64,000 nt of DNA, from NCBI GenBank assembly GCA_964016885.1, contig OZ024756.1:32426001-32490000 (forward strand), written 5' to 3'. The notes beneath the pieces were generated by a model. The model saw only the letters and a list, made by a program, of their open reading frames with translations, made no database searches and was not told the DNA's origin. Of this stretch, positions 27,355-38,815 are shown in pieces. Position 1 is the first letter of the stretch. Each line of letters starts with the position of its first letter. This DNA comes from Eledone cirrhosa (taxonomy: Eukaryota). Made by a program: the position numbers and the translations under genes.

Positions 27355-28550
27355 AGGTTATTGCTGTTGTTGTTGTTGTTGTTACTGCTGCTACTGTTGT
27401 TGTTAGTGTTGTTGCTGTTATTATTGCTACTGTAGTTGTTGTTACTGTTGTTATTGTTGTTGCTGTTATTGGTGTTATTGTTGTTACTGTTGTTGTTGTT
27501 ACTGTTGTTGTTGTTACTGTTGTTGCTGTTATTGTTGTTATTGTTGTTACTGTTGTTGTTGTTACTGTTGTTGTTGTTATTGTTGTTGCTGTTATTGTTG
27601 TTATTATTGCTACTGTTGTTGTTGTTACTGTTGTTGTTAGTGTTGTTGGTGTTATTGTTGTTATTGTTGTTGCTGTTATTGTTGTTATTATTGCTACTGT
27701 TGTTGTTGTTAATGTTTTTGTTATTGTTGTTGCTGTTTTTGTTGTTATTATTTATTATTGTTACTCTTATTGTTGCTACTGATGTTGTTGTTATTGCTGC
27801 TGCTGTTGTTGTTGTTGCTGCTACTGTTGTTGTTATTGCTGCTGTTGCTGTTGTTGTTATTGCTGCTACTGCTGTTGTTGTTGCTGCTACTGTTGTTGTT
27901 GTTATTGCTGCTACTGTTGTTGTTGTTATTGCGGCTACTGCTGTTGTTGTTATTGCTGCTACTGTTGTTGTTGTTATTGCTGCTGTTGTTGTTATTGCTG
28001 CTTCTGCTGTTGTTGTTATTGCTGCTACTGCTGTTGTTGTTATTGCTGCTGTTGTTGTTATTGCTGCTGTTGTTGTTATTGCTGCTACTGCTGTTGCTGT
28101 TATTACTGCTATTGCTGTTGTTGTTATTGCTGCTGTTGTTGTTATTGCTGCTATTGCTGTTGTTGTTATTGCTGCTACTGCTGTTGTTGTTATTGCTGTT
28201 GCTGTTGTTGTCATTGCTGCTGCTGCTGTTGTTATTGCTGCTACTGCTGTTGTTGTTATTGCTGCTACTGCTGTTGTTGTTATTGCTGCTGCTGTTGTTG
28301 TTATTGCTGCTGCTGCTGTTGTTGTTATTGCTGCTACTGTTGTTGCTGTTATTGCTGCTACTGCTGTTGTTGTTATTGCTGCTGCTCTTGTTGTTATTGC
28401 TGCTGCTGTTGTTGTTATTGCTGCTGCTGTTGTTGTTATTGCTGCTACTGCTGTTGTTGTTATTGCTGCTGCTCTTGTTATTGCTGCTACTGCTGTTGTT
28501 GTTATTGCTGCTGCTGTTGTTGTTATTGCTACTGCTGTTGTTGTTGCTTC
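27355..28550. repeat. Compound trinucleotide tract (GTT/GCT/ATT/ACT)n
   Basis: 1.2 kb of in-phase triplets. ORFs are poly-L/V/A/T/N artefacts. Confidence 0.95.
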
Positions 28551-28999
28551 AAATATCGGTGTATTAGCAATTCATCTGGTTGTTACTGTAGTTGTATTTG
28601 TTTAGATATAAATTATTTCCGAATAAGTTTTCTCACTTCAGAATTGAACTGCTATTTCTAGTATGTTAAGATACCATAGAGGGATTATATATCCTTGGTT
28701 GTATTTTTATAGATATCTTTCTTTATTTGCCACAGGCAATAGATAGAAGGATGGAAATAACTTTGTTTTTTTCTTTCTATAGCTCATTCCTTTCCCTCTT
28801 TTTGTCTTCTGTATTTCTGTCTCTCTCCTCTCACTCTTTCTCTCTTACTCTCTCTCTTTCTCTCTCTCTTTCTTTCTCACTCTCTCTCTCACACTCTCAC
28901 TCTCTGTCTCTCTCTCACTCTCTCTCACTCTCTCTCACTCTCTGTCTCTCTTACTATCTATTTTACCTCTCTTCATTTCTCTCTCCCTATCATTATTTA

Positions 29000-29362
29000 G
29001 GCGGTGGATTGGCAGTATCGGTAGAGGGTCGGACACCATGCTTTGACGCATAGAGTTACGGCCCTTTCCATTCTGAGTTCAAATCCCGCCGAGGTCAACT
29101 TTGCCTTTCATCCTTACAGGGTCGATAAAATAAAGTACCAGTAATGTACTGGTTAATTGCTGGCCTTGTGCCAAAAGTGGATTGGCAGAATCGGTAGATC
29201 GTTGGACACCATGCTTTGTAGCATAGAGTTCTGACCCTTTAAATTCTGATTTCAAATCCCGCCACAGTTAACTTTACCTTTCATCCTTGCGTGGTAGATA
29301 AAATAAAGTACCAGTAATACAGTGGCTTTTGCTGGCATTGTGCCAAAAATAGAAACAATCAT
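29000..29362 (+). mobile_element. Head-to-tail SINE dimer
   Basis: Two full copies joined at CCAAAAGTGGATTGGC (~29178). The second is more diverged. Confidence 0.9.
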
Positions 29363-29405
29363 TTATTTCAACCATTCTCTCTTTCTCCCTCCTTGTCATT
29401 CTTTA

Positions 29406-29478
<73 letters not shown>

Positions 29479-30004
29479 TTTTCTCTATCTCACTCTCGCC
29501 GTCCCAGTTATCTCTATCACACACTCTCTCTCTCTTAACTATCTATAGCCTCACTCTCTAAACTTTATCTCTATCACTCTCTCTCTCTCTCCCAGTCACC
29601 ATGTATCTCTCTCTCTCTCCACTCGCCGTCCCAGTTATCTCACTCTCACTCTCTCTCTCTCTATCTCTCCCTCAACAATCTATGCCAGCCTCACTCTCTA
29701 AACTTTATCTCTCTCACTCTCTCTCTCTCTCTCCCAGTCACCATGTATCTCTCTCTCTCCACTCGTCGTCCCAGTTATCTCACTCTCTCTCTCTCTCTAT
29801 CTCTCCCTCAACAATCTATACCAGCCTCACTCTCTAAACTCTATCTCTCTCACTCTGTTTGTCCTCTTGTAAAATTCCATTTCATGCTTCAGTCTGTATT
29901 GTAGGAACTGCTAGTGTCTGTTGACTGTATCACTACCATACTACCACCACCATTCTATGACTTTTTGATCTATCGTTTTATAGCTGTCTCTATCTGACGT
30001 TCTA

Positions 30005-30200
30005 TCTCCCCCTTTTCTTGTGCGCCCTTGTGGCACATAAAGAAATATGTCTATCTAACGTTCTATCTATCTATTTATATATTATTTTTTATATCTTGTT
30101 ATTGTCTCCTCCTTATTGAGGACGCCTTTTTATGTAAACCCCCCCCCATTGTACTTGTCCCACTCTTTGATGCCCTGGTGGCAAATAAAAAGAAAGTTAT
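30005..30200 (+). mobile_element. Two further Tx1/L1 3' termini
   Basis: ...GCCCTTGTGGCACATAAAG and ...GTAAACCCC...TGCCCTGGTGGCAAATAAAAAG, each followed by CTAT repeats. Confidence 0.7.
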
Positions 30201-30550
30201 CTATCTAATGTGAACGTTCTATCTATCTAATGTTCTAACGTTCTATCTATCTAATGTTCTATCTATCTAACGTTCTATCTATCTAACGTTCTATCGATCT
30301 AACATTTTATCTATCTAATGTTCTATCTATCTAATGTTCTATCTATCTAATGTTCTATCTATCTAACGTTCTATCAACGTTCTATCTATCTAATGTTCAA
30401 TCTATCTAATGTTCTATCTATCTAATGTTCTATCTATCTAACGTTCTATCTATCTAACGTTCTATCGATCTAAGCTTTTATCTATCTAATGTTCTACCTA
30501 TCTAATGTTCTAACGTTCTATCTATCTAACGTTCTATCTATCTAACGTTC
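30200..30550. repeat. 16-bp CTAT-derived minisatellite
   Basis: Unit CTATCTATCTAAYGTT. Confidence 0.9.
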
Positions 30551-31538
30551 TATATATCTCTATCACTCTCTCTCTCTAGCAACCTGTCTATCGCTCTAGT
30601 TGTCTGTCTATCACTCTAGCTAACTGTCTATAGTTCTATCTAACTGTCTATCGCTCTATCTATCTGTCTGTCTATGGCACTATACTATCAACCAGTCTCT
30701 TGTTCAATATAACTATATATCTGGCATCTATCCATGTAAATGTGTGTACGTATATATCTATATGTATATAATATATATATAAGGGTGGGGTACACGTGTG
30801 TGCATGTATGTGTGTGCATGTATGTGTGTGTGCATGTATGTGTGTGTGCATGTATGTGTGTGTGTGTGTGTGTGTGTGTATATACGTATATACATCGATC
30901 GATCGATTTATCTGTATATGTGTCTACCTATCGCCCCCCCTCCTTCTCCACGGACTGTATGTATCTCTCTCTCAATCACTCTCTTACTGACATTGTCTAT
31001 ATTCCTCCCACCACACCTCAATGTAATTCGCAGTTTCACCACTCAACAATGCACGCTTGCAGGTGCACCGTATCAGAATCTGGCTAGAAGCGCTTCATAA
31101 CTCTCACACATCGAATAGAATAGAGTTGCGTGATTCCTTCTGTATTTCTTCTCCATTCTTTCTTTCTTTCTCGCTCCCCACCTCTCTCTCTTTCTCTCCC
31201 TCTTTCTGACTCTTTCTCTCGCTCTCTCTCCCCATCTATCTTTCTGTGTGTCTCTCTCTCTGTCTCTCTTCTCCCCTCTCGTTCTCTCTCCCCCTATCTC
31301 TCTATATGTCGATATGCAAAGGACTTATGTGTATATGCGTACACATACATACTCATACACACGCACACAAACGTACACATACGCACACAGACAGTCATGT
31401 ATATAGATATACTGACATACAATAGGGAATTATTAAATAACGTCTATGAATGTGTATGTGAGAGCGAGAGCGTACGTACATGTATGTTGTATGTAATGTA
31501 TATGTATGTATGTATATATGTATGTGTATATATATATG

Positions 31539-31570
<32 letters not shown>

Positions 31571-32151
31571 TATATAAATTTCTGTGTGCGTTTATAAACT
31601 GTTTATAAATATGGCATATTTCATGCACGTGTATATATATATATATATATATATATACATTCACATACACATATATACATACGCATATATAAACACATAC
31701 ATATGAGTTACGAGGCATCATCGAAATTTGGGGAATACATACACACAAGCACTCACATGGTAGAGAGATATCTAACCAACTGGTTTGTACCAGTTTTTGC
31801 CTCTTGCAGTAGCAGACTAAAAATTTTAAGGTATTGCCATTCAGGTGTCAAATAACCTAATGAAGCCTCAGTATGTGCGTACGTGCTTGTCAGTATCGGG
31901 TATAAACAGGATGGCAAAGGGTTGTGGAGGGAAGGGACTGTCTAGGAAGGGTGGGGATGCTGGTGTCTGTTCTGTAGTGTTGGCGGGAAAGGTAGTAGTG
32001 GCACGTGTAACTTAGGTCTTGCCCCTAGCTGTAGGGTGCCTGAAAGATGTGGAGGTATGCTTGTTAGTTGTCTTATTCTCTCTTTCTGTCTATTCATTTG
32101 TCCTTCAGCATTTCTTTCTCTTGTACTCCTGTCAATCTCTCCGTCTCTTTC

Positions 32152-32199
<48 letters not shown>

Positions 32200-32221
32200 T
32201 ATATTATATATATATATATAT

Positions 32222-32464
32222 AAGTATTGAAGTTTCCGTTGAAAATTGAAAAAGTCAGAGGAATGAAGAGTGCTCTATGTAAGTTACAGAGCTAAATATT
32301 TAATGTATAATAAACAATACAGTATAATTACCGCATTACCAGAGGTTTCCCGAATAAGACGAATACAAGTCACGTCCGCATTCGTTCATCAGACTTGTAT
32401 TCGTCTTATTCGGGAAACCTCTGGTAATGAGGTAATTATACTGTATTGTTTATTATACATTAAA
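32222..32464 (-). mobile_element. Family F PLE-like element: 73-bp inverted arms plus tail, with hammerhead core
   Basis: Arms at 32299-32371 and 32392-32464 (1 mismatch). Minus strand CTGATGA (32392-32386), long stem II, GAAA-CC-TCT-GG-TA^ATGCGG. Confidence 0.8.
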
Positions 32465-32480
32465 AATTAATTATATATAT

Positions 32481-32703
32481 ATATGAAAAGAGTCAGGACC
32501 CCGAGGGCTGAGCTCCGGCCATTTCGACAGCTAGAGCTGAAGTCAGGGCAGATTGTATTCTGCTAGTTCAGATTTAGCTGTCGAAACGGCCGGAGCTCAG
32601 CCGTCGGGGTCCTGACTCTTTTCATATTACCCACTCTACTACCCTAAGTATCGAGTACTCTCGTGCCTCATGGTCCACCTGGTCCCTTAGCGCACTTCCT
32701 TCG

Positions 32704-32706
<3 letters not shown>
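32481..32706 (+). mobile_element. Family A subfamily element with inverted arm
   Basis: ~60-bp arms, GCTA-GTTCAGATT-TAGC-TGTC-GAAA-CGGC-CGGAGCTCA-GCCG-TC, tail ending CTTCGTTA. Confidence 0.85.
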
Positions 32707-32745
<39 letters not shown>

Positions 32746-32790
32746 CACTGTCCGTTTCCTCAATCTTAATATTTCTTCTTTAATTTCACA

Positions 32791-32831
32791 TTCTCTTTTT
32801 TGATGAAGGAATAGTCTACGAAACGTTGAGA
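32791..32831 (+). ncRNA. Decayed minimal hammerhead in a short TA-flanked element (~32745-32920)
   Basis: TTGATGA-AGGAATAGTCTAC-GAAA-CG-TT^GAGA. C3 is lost and stems are weak. Confidence 0.4.
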
Positions 32832-32914
32832 TACTTTTCCTACTATATCAGACGTAAAACTAATATTTCTTTATGGTACTGTGTCGTTTGGTTTATTTTT
32901 GTTTGTCCACTGCA

Positions 32915-32961
<47 letters not shown>

Positions 32962-32974
32962 ATATATATATCTG

Positions 32975-33180
32975 TATATGGGTGACGAGGGCTGAAAGAG
33001 AAGAGTATTCAATACTGAAGTAGAGTTTGAATATTCATTTTATTAAGGCTAAATAATGAGTATTGTTACTTTGGAGTTTCACCTGTTTATCGCAATATCA
33101 CCAGACAAAAATTATTGGCTGGTGAATCTGTGATAAACAGGGGGACAAGTCTAGAGTAACAAGACTCACTATTTATCCTA
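32975..33180 (-). mobile_element. Family C element with inverted arm and decayed hammerheads
   Basis: Minus 33108-33063 TTGT-CTGGTGA-...CAGGT-GAAA-CTCCAAAG-TA^ACAA. Plus arm 33115-33162 retains TCTAGAG-TA-ACAA. Confidence 0.7.
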
Positions 33181-33199
33181 TATATATATATCTATCTAT

Positions 33200-33370
33200 C
33201 TAAGGCGGGTAAAATTCCCGAGATCCATAGACGAGTTCTCTCCAGCGGTCTCTGTCCCTCATTATCGCTGCCATGTCCTGCATCTCCAACAGACCAGTGT
33301 CTGTCCTTAGGGCATCAACATACGTTAACCTTGGTCTCCTCTTCTAGTGTGTCCATGTAGGGGCTCCCAA
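33200..33370 (-). mobile_element. RTE LINE 3' end
   Basis: Paralogous to 36405-36578. Confidence 0.85.
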
Positions 33371-33380
33371 TATATATATA

Positions 33381-33828
33381 AATGGAAAAGGATGAAACGA
33401 AATTTCATTTCTCACTCTTAGTACGGCTGATACCTTTTTCCATTTATCGTTTTCGGTACGCCCGGCCGACTAACTCACTCGATATGCAAATTAGGCTGCT
33501 CAGCCGTTAATATGCATAAGTAAATAATATACTTTCAAATGTTCAATCATCTGACAGGAAGGTATACGATGCTGACGATAGCTAATAAGCTTGAAACTAG
33601 TACATCGTTCCTGTGTCAGTGTTGAACAAAAGGGCGACGATGGTTGCCGAGCACTGTACGGCGTAATTCGGGCTGTTTGTTTACAAACAAACCGAACATT
33701 ATAATAAATGTTCGGTAAACCCATACGTACTTATATATATATATGTGTGCATGTATGTATATATATACATACTACTGTACGTCTGTACACATATATGTAT
33801 GTACGTATACATACTTATATATATATTT
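33381..33828 (+). mobile_element. Family D retrozyme-like element with 5' inversion
   Basis: Body is the reverse complement of 22621-23000. The first ~55 bp (33381-33435) are inverted relative to the body. Confidence 0.85.
33567..33607 (+). ncRNA. Complete minimal type-I hammerhead ribozyme
   Basis: CGATG-CTGACGA-T-AGCT-AATA-AGCT-T-GAAA-CTAG-TA^CATCG. Perfect 5-bp stem I, predicted cleavage after 33602. Confidence 0.9.
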
Positions 33829-34212
33829 CTAATGTCCGTGTGCACAAAAATATTCTAACAGAGACACAAATATGAGTTTGTATATTCGTATATAATGTTT
33901 CATATTAGGTTTTCTATAAACATGGTTATTGTTGTGTGTGTGGGAGAGAGAGAAGCTAGACAGAGCGAAACTGATATATTTGTATAGGAGAATCTGAGAG
34001 GATGAGTTAACTAGTATTACACGCTCATGTATGCCAGATAGAAAATACACGTGCCCAGATGTATATATACGTGTGTCTATAATTACAAACATGTGTGTGA
34101 CAGTATATATATATATATATGTTTGTGTGTTTATATATGTATATATATGTGAAACTAAAAACCATATCTTTTGTACTGCCTCTCTGTTTTTTTGTTCTCT
34201 GTTCATTTGTTC

Positions 34213-34291
<79 letters not shown>

Positions 34292-36404
34292 TATATATTG
34301 ATGAAGTATTCACAGCAATTAGTGCAACGGAGTGCACTATGAGATGTTTTTGTTTTTGTTTTAAAGCTTGCAATAAGAATTACTAATGTGATTACCAAAC
34401 AACTGTGGAATCTAGAAGGTCATGTATGCAATTACAACGATCTGAAGCGCTTTGTATCACATACTGAGACAAAGACGCACAAAAAAATACACCCCTACAC
34501 CAAGCTTTCTATCATTCTCTCTGAGATACACATAAACGTTGCTTCTTGTGTTAACGCCTAGATGTAGTACTAATATATACTATACACACACATTCATCTA
34601 TATATATATAAATATGTGTGTGTATATATATATATATATAATTATAATTTTCATATATATATAATTTTCAATCATATTTTATTTGTTTGACCCGAATTAC
34701 TTGGTCGTTTCTATGGCTGTACGGATAATGGTTTAACCATCGTCTCAGTGTGTTTGGCCTTTTAACTTATGTTGTAGCTCTAGTTCACTAGCTTCTATGG
34801 AGCGCTTGCCACACATCTCGGAAGATGTTTTTCGCTAATTTCCAATAGCCGAAATACGATTCTCGCTAATTTATATTTGTATATATATATATATATATAT
34901 GGGAGATACACACACACACACACACACACACTCACACACAGAGACAGAGACAGAGACACAGACACAGACACACACACACACATACACACACACACATATT
35001 CAAACAGATATACGTATGTGTACTTGGATACGTGAGTGCGTATGTTTGAGATAGTTTGTAAATAATACCTGCATAACATCCAATTATATTCATAGCTTCA
35101 TTTTTGTTGGCATATATGCAAGGAAGGGTATATGTATGTATGTATGTATATTTGTACATATGTTTATGCTTATGTACGTGTGCTTGGCTGTCCGTTTCTA
35201 TCTCTCTATTATATATATATATATATCTATCTATATATATATATATAAATAGTGTTTTGGAAGCCTTAACAATTCAGATGGGTAAATCTCCAGGTAACAG
35301 AATCATGTGCTAATGAGAGAGAAATATAAGAGGAAGCGTAGAAAGAGACGTAGAGAACGTAAAGGAACGTATATATATATTATATATATATATGAGAGAG
35401 GGAGACAGCGTTGCTAGGACCGTAGAGAACATACATCATGAGAGTATTCAATAACGTATGGGAATATAAAGAAAATAGGACACCAAGCGTTTTCGGCTTG
35501 TATTCTGCAACGCTTTCCAATTGGTTATACCTTTCCCTCTGTCTCTCTCCTTATATCTATATATATATTTATATAACAAAATCAGAGGAAACGCATATAT
35601 ATTTAAACCTATGGATATAGGAGTGTAGCCCACCTTTAACGATGTGGCTCTATGAATGAATGAATTAATTAAATAATCATTAATCAGAGTTATATAAAAT
35701 TATAAGTTTGAAGGACAGACATTTTAAACTTAGCTCCGCTTAACTGATTATTTATTTAGTTAATTTCTGGGGGCTAAGAAGAAAAATTAGGTAAATTTTA
35801 TCTGTCTGTTGTTCAAACTTTTTTACAATTAAATTATTTAATCCGAACCTGATGATGTTTCCAAGGTCTTACGTCATAATCGCATGATTTAACGTGGCCA
35901 TTGATATATGTATAGTGTTTTTTGTAACATTAAATATTTAAATGGAAATTTCTAGTCTGGCCTTCCGTTGTCTTAAATAAATATTTACCCCCGTTCCTAT
36001 TCGACCCAAAGATTTAACATCTACGATGGATGACATGAATGACATAGGCTTTCTGTACTAATACATCATGGTTTGCTAACCGTTGACCAGTTCTACCGAT
36101 TGGTAAACCACAGAACATAGATTATATGTATATATATATAATACAAAAAAGCAAGGAAGTTTCGTTTGCATATGAGGAATATTTATTGCGCGCGTTTCGC
36201 AGAGGTTTAGCTCAAAGTAACCGGTAGGAGATATGGACCCGACTCAAGTATCTGCTAGTCAGACTGGTGATGTGATAAAATATATATTTTTTATATCTAA
36301 ACGAAACTTTCTCGTATTTTTCTATTTTATATACTCTGCCTGTGCATAGAGTGCTTGATTTGGTACCACACCAGTATTTCACTTTACTACCTACACTATA
36401 TAAT

Positions 36405-36930
36405 GTCTAGAGCGGGTAAAATTCCCGAGATCCATGGACAAGTTCTCTGCAGCGGTCTCTGTTCCTAATTATCGCTGTCATGTCCTGCATCCCAAAGAGA
36501 CAAGTGCCTGTCCTTAGGACATCAACACAACTTAACCTCGGTCTTCCTCTTCCAGAGTGTCTATGCAGGGGCTCCTACAGGAGCATTGAGTGCAGTGTCA
36601 ACTCTGAATGTCGATGAACATGTCCAGCTAACCTAAGTCTCCTCTGTGCCACTCTTGAGCTGACTTTTGGGAGGCTCCCGTACAGCTCTGAGTATACTGA
36701 TTAATGTTTAGAGCCATCCTCAGCATTCTCGTGTAGCACCCATCCATCATCTTAGTGAGTTTCTTGGTCAGTGTCCAAGTCTCAGACCCGTACAGCAGCA
36801 CAGACTCCACTACAGCAACGAAGAGACGGATCTTCAGCTCTTTACAAAGGTTCGACTCCCACACCGATCTCAAGTTGTGGCACGCTGCCTAGGCTTTGCT
36901 CTTCGTCTCGATCACAGCATCTTACGTGGT
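36405..36930 (-). mobile_element. 5'-truncated RTE-clade LINE, ORF C-terminus (degenerate)
   Basis: KIRLFVAVVESVLLYGSETWTLTK...DGCYTRMLR, then after a frameshift RLAGHVHRH...RGRPRLSCVDVL, typical of the RTE post-RT region. Confidence 0.9.
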
Positions 36931-37092
36931 CCCAATCTTTGCTCCCAAATACACGTACATTTGGGTTTACAAATACGATGAAATTATATTCCACACTTTA
37001 GTAGAAAACATTATATTTTAAATATATTACTGAGATTCCTCTTTGTTGCAGCTCTAAGGTTAATCTCCATGTACATACGTGTGTGTGTGTGT

Positions 37093-37130
<38 letters not shown>

Positions 37131-37391
37131 TCGTATAAGTGTTCTTGTGTGAATCTCTCAGTATTTATTAAGGTGTTGCAGTGAGTCTGTCTTGATTTCA
37201 GTAATATGAGTTATTTTCGTTAGTATGCCTACTGCAGTGTCATTTTTGGTACTGTTGTTGCTCTTGTTGGCATTGTGGATGTTTGTGGTGTTCTGCATCT
37301 TGTGCCTATTCTTGTTGCTGTTGATTTCGTGGATATATATATATATATATTATTATTATTATTATTACTGTTGCTGTTGCTTTCATATGTA

Positions 37392-37432
<41 letters not shown>

Positions 37433-37508
37433 TTACTGTTGCTGTTGTTTCCGTGTGTATGTATGTATGTATGTATGTATGTATGTATGTGTGTGTGTGT
37501 GTGTGTAT

Positions 37509-37544
<36 letters not shown>

Positions 37545-38760
37545 TTCTGGGACACACCCAGATTGTGTGTTTCACTTCAAAAAAGGGAACATAAACTTAA
37601 AATCAAAGTATCAGTGTGTGTTTTATATTGTATGTGTTAGTTACTCCACCCGACAGGTGATGAGAACTTTGATGTAACACACCCAACAAACAGCAACCAA
37701 CATAGCTACCTGTATTTCAATCGACAATGCTTTTAATAATAATACCACTGTTGCACCTGGCACGATAGGTAATCAACACAGGTGTATATCCTCCACACAA
37801 TCCTAATAATCTACCCAACCATCATTACCATCAGCATGACCAATGCCACCACTGGCACCACCATCACCATTGCCATCACCTACAATGAGAACTCCAACTC
37901 GAACACTAGCACCTTCGTTGCCACCACCATCAACCTCTTAACTCCTAGAACAAATACCACTACATACCAATAACCAGACCAACACTATTCATTCAAATTC
38001 TACCACCACCACCACCACCACCACCACCACCACCACCACCGAAATCCTAATTGCATTCACCGACAATACGTCCCTATTCTACACCAACACGACCAACAAC
38101 ACCACCGCCACCAACAGCAACACCACTACCACCAACACCACACAACCATACCATTACTACATTCCCCAACACCACCCTATTCTACACCAACACGCCCAAC
38201 AACACCACCGCCGCCATCAACAGCAACACCACTACCACCAACACCACACAACCATACCATTACTACATTCCCCAACATCACCCGGTTCTACCATTACACT
38301 AACAACAACAACACCACCATTAACACCACCATCAACAGCAAGATGAACAAGAACACCACCAACAACAACATCAATAGTAACACTGACACCACCAAGAATA
38401 ACTTAAATAAAGAAAACAACCCAACGACCATCACCATCAGCTACATCGCTAAATTCAACAGCTCCACCTACACCAATGCACCTAACCACTAGCAGCAGTA
38501 TTGCTATTGCACCCTACCACCACCACCACCACCACCACCATATGCTGCCATTACTGCTATGCCATAAACCACCCCATCCACTCACACACAAACCAACACC
38601 GCATTTACCATCAATTTCACAACATCTGTCACCTACTACGCAACTACGCAACTACGCATGCAATTTAAATACAGACACATATATATGCATAATATATATA
38701 TATAATGTGCATATATGCATTATTATATATATATATGCATTATTATATATATATATGCAC

Positions 38761-38815
<55 letters not shown>

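Noticed and set aside
27333-28605. Antifreeze- or mucin-like (TAA)n protein on the minus strand
   Set aside because: A compound triplet microsatellite is open in several frames by composition alone. No splice or start context.
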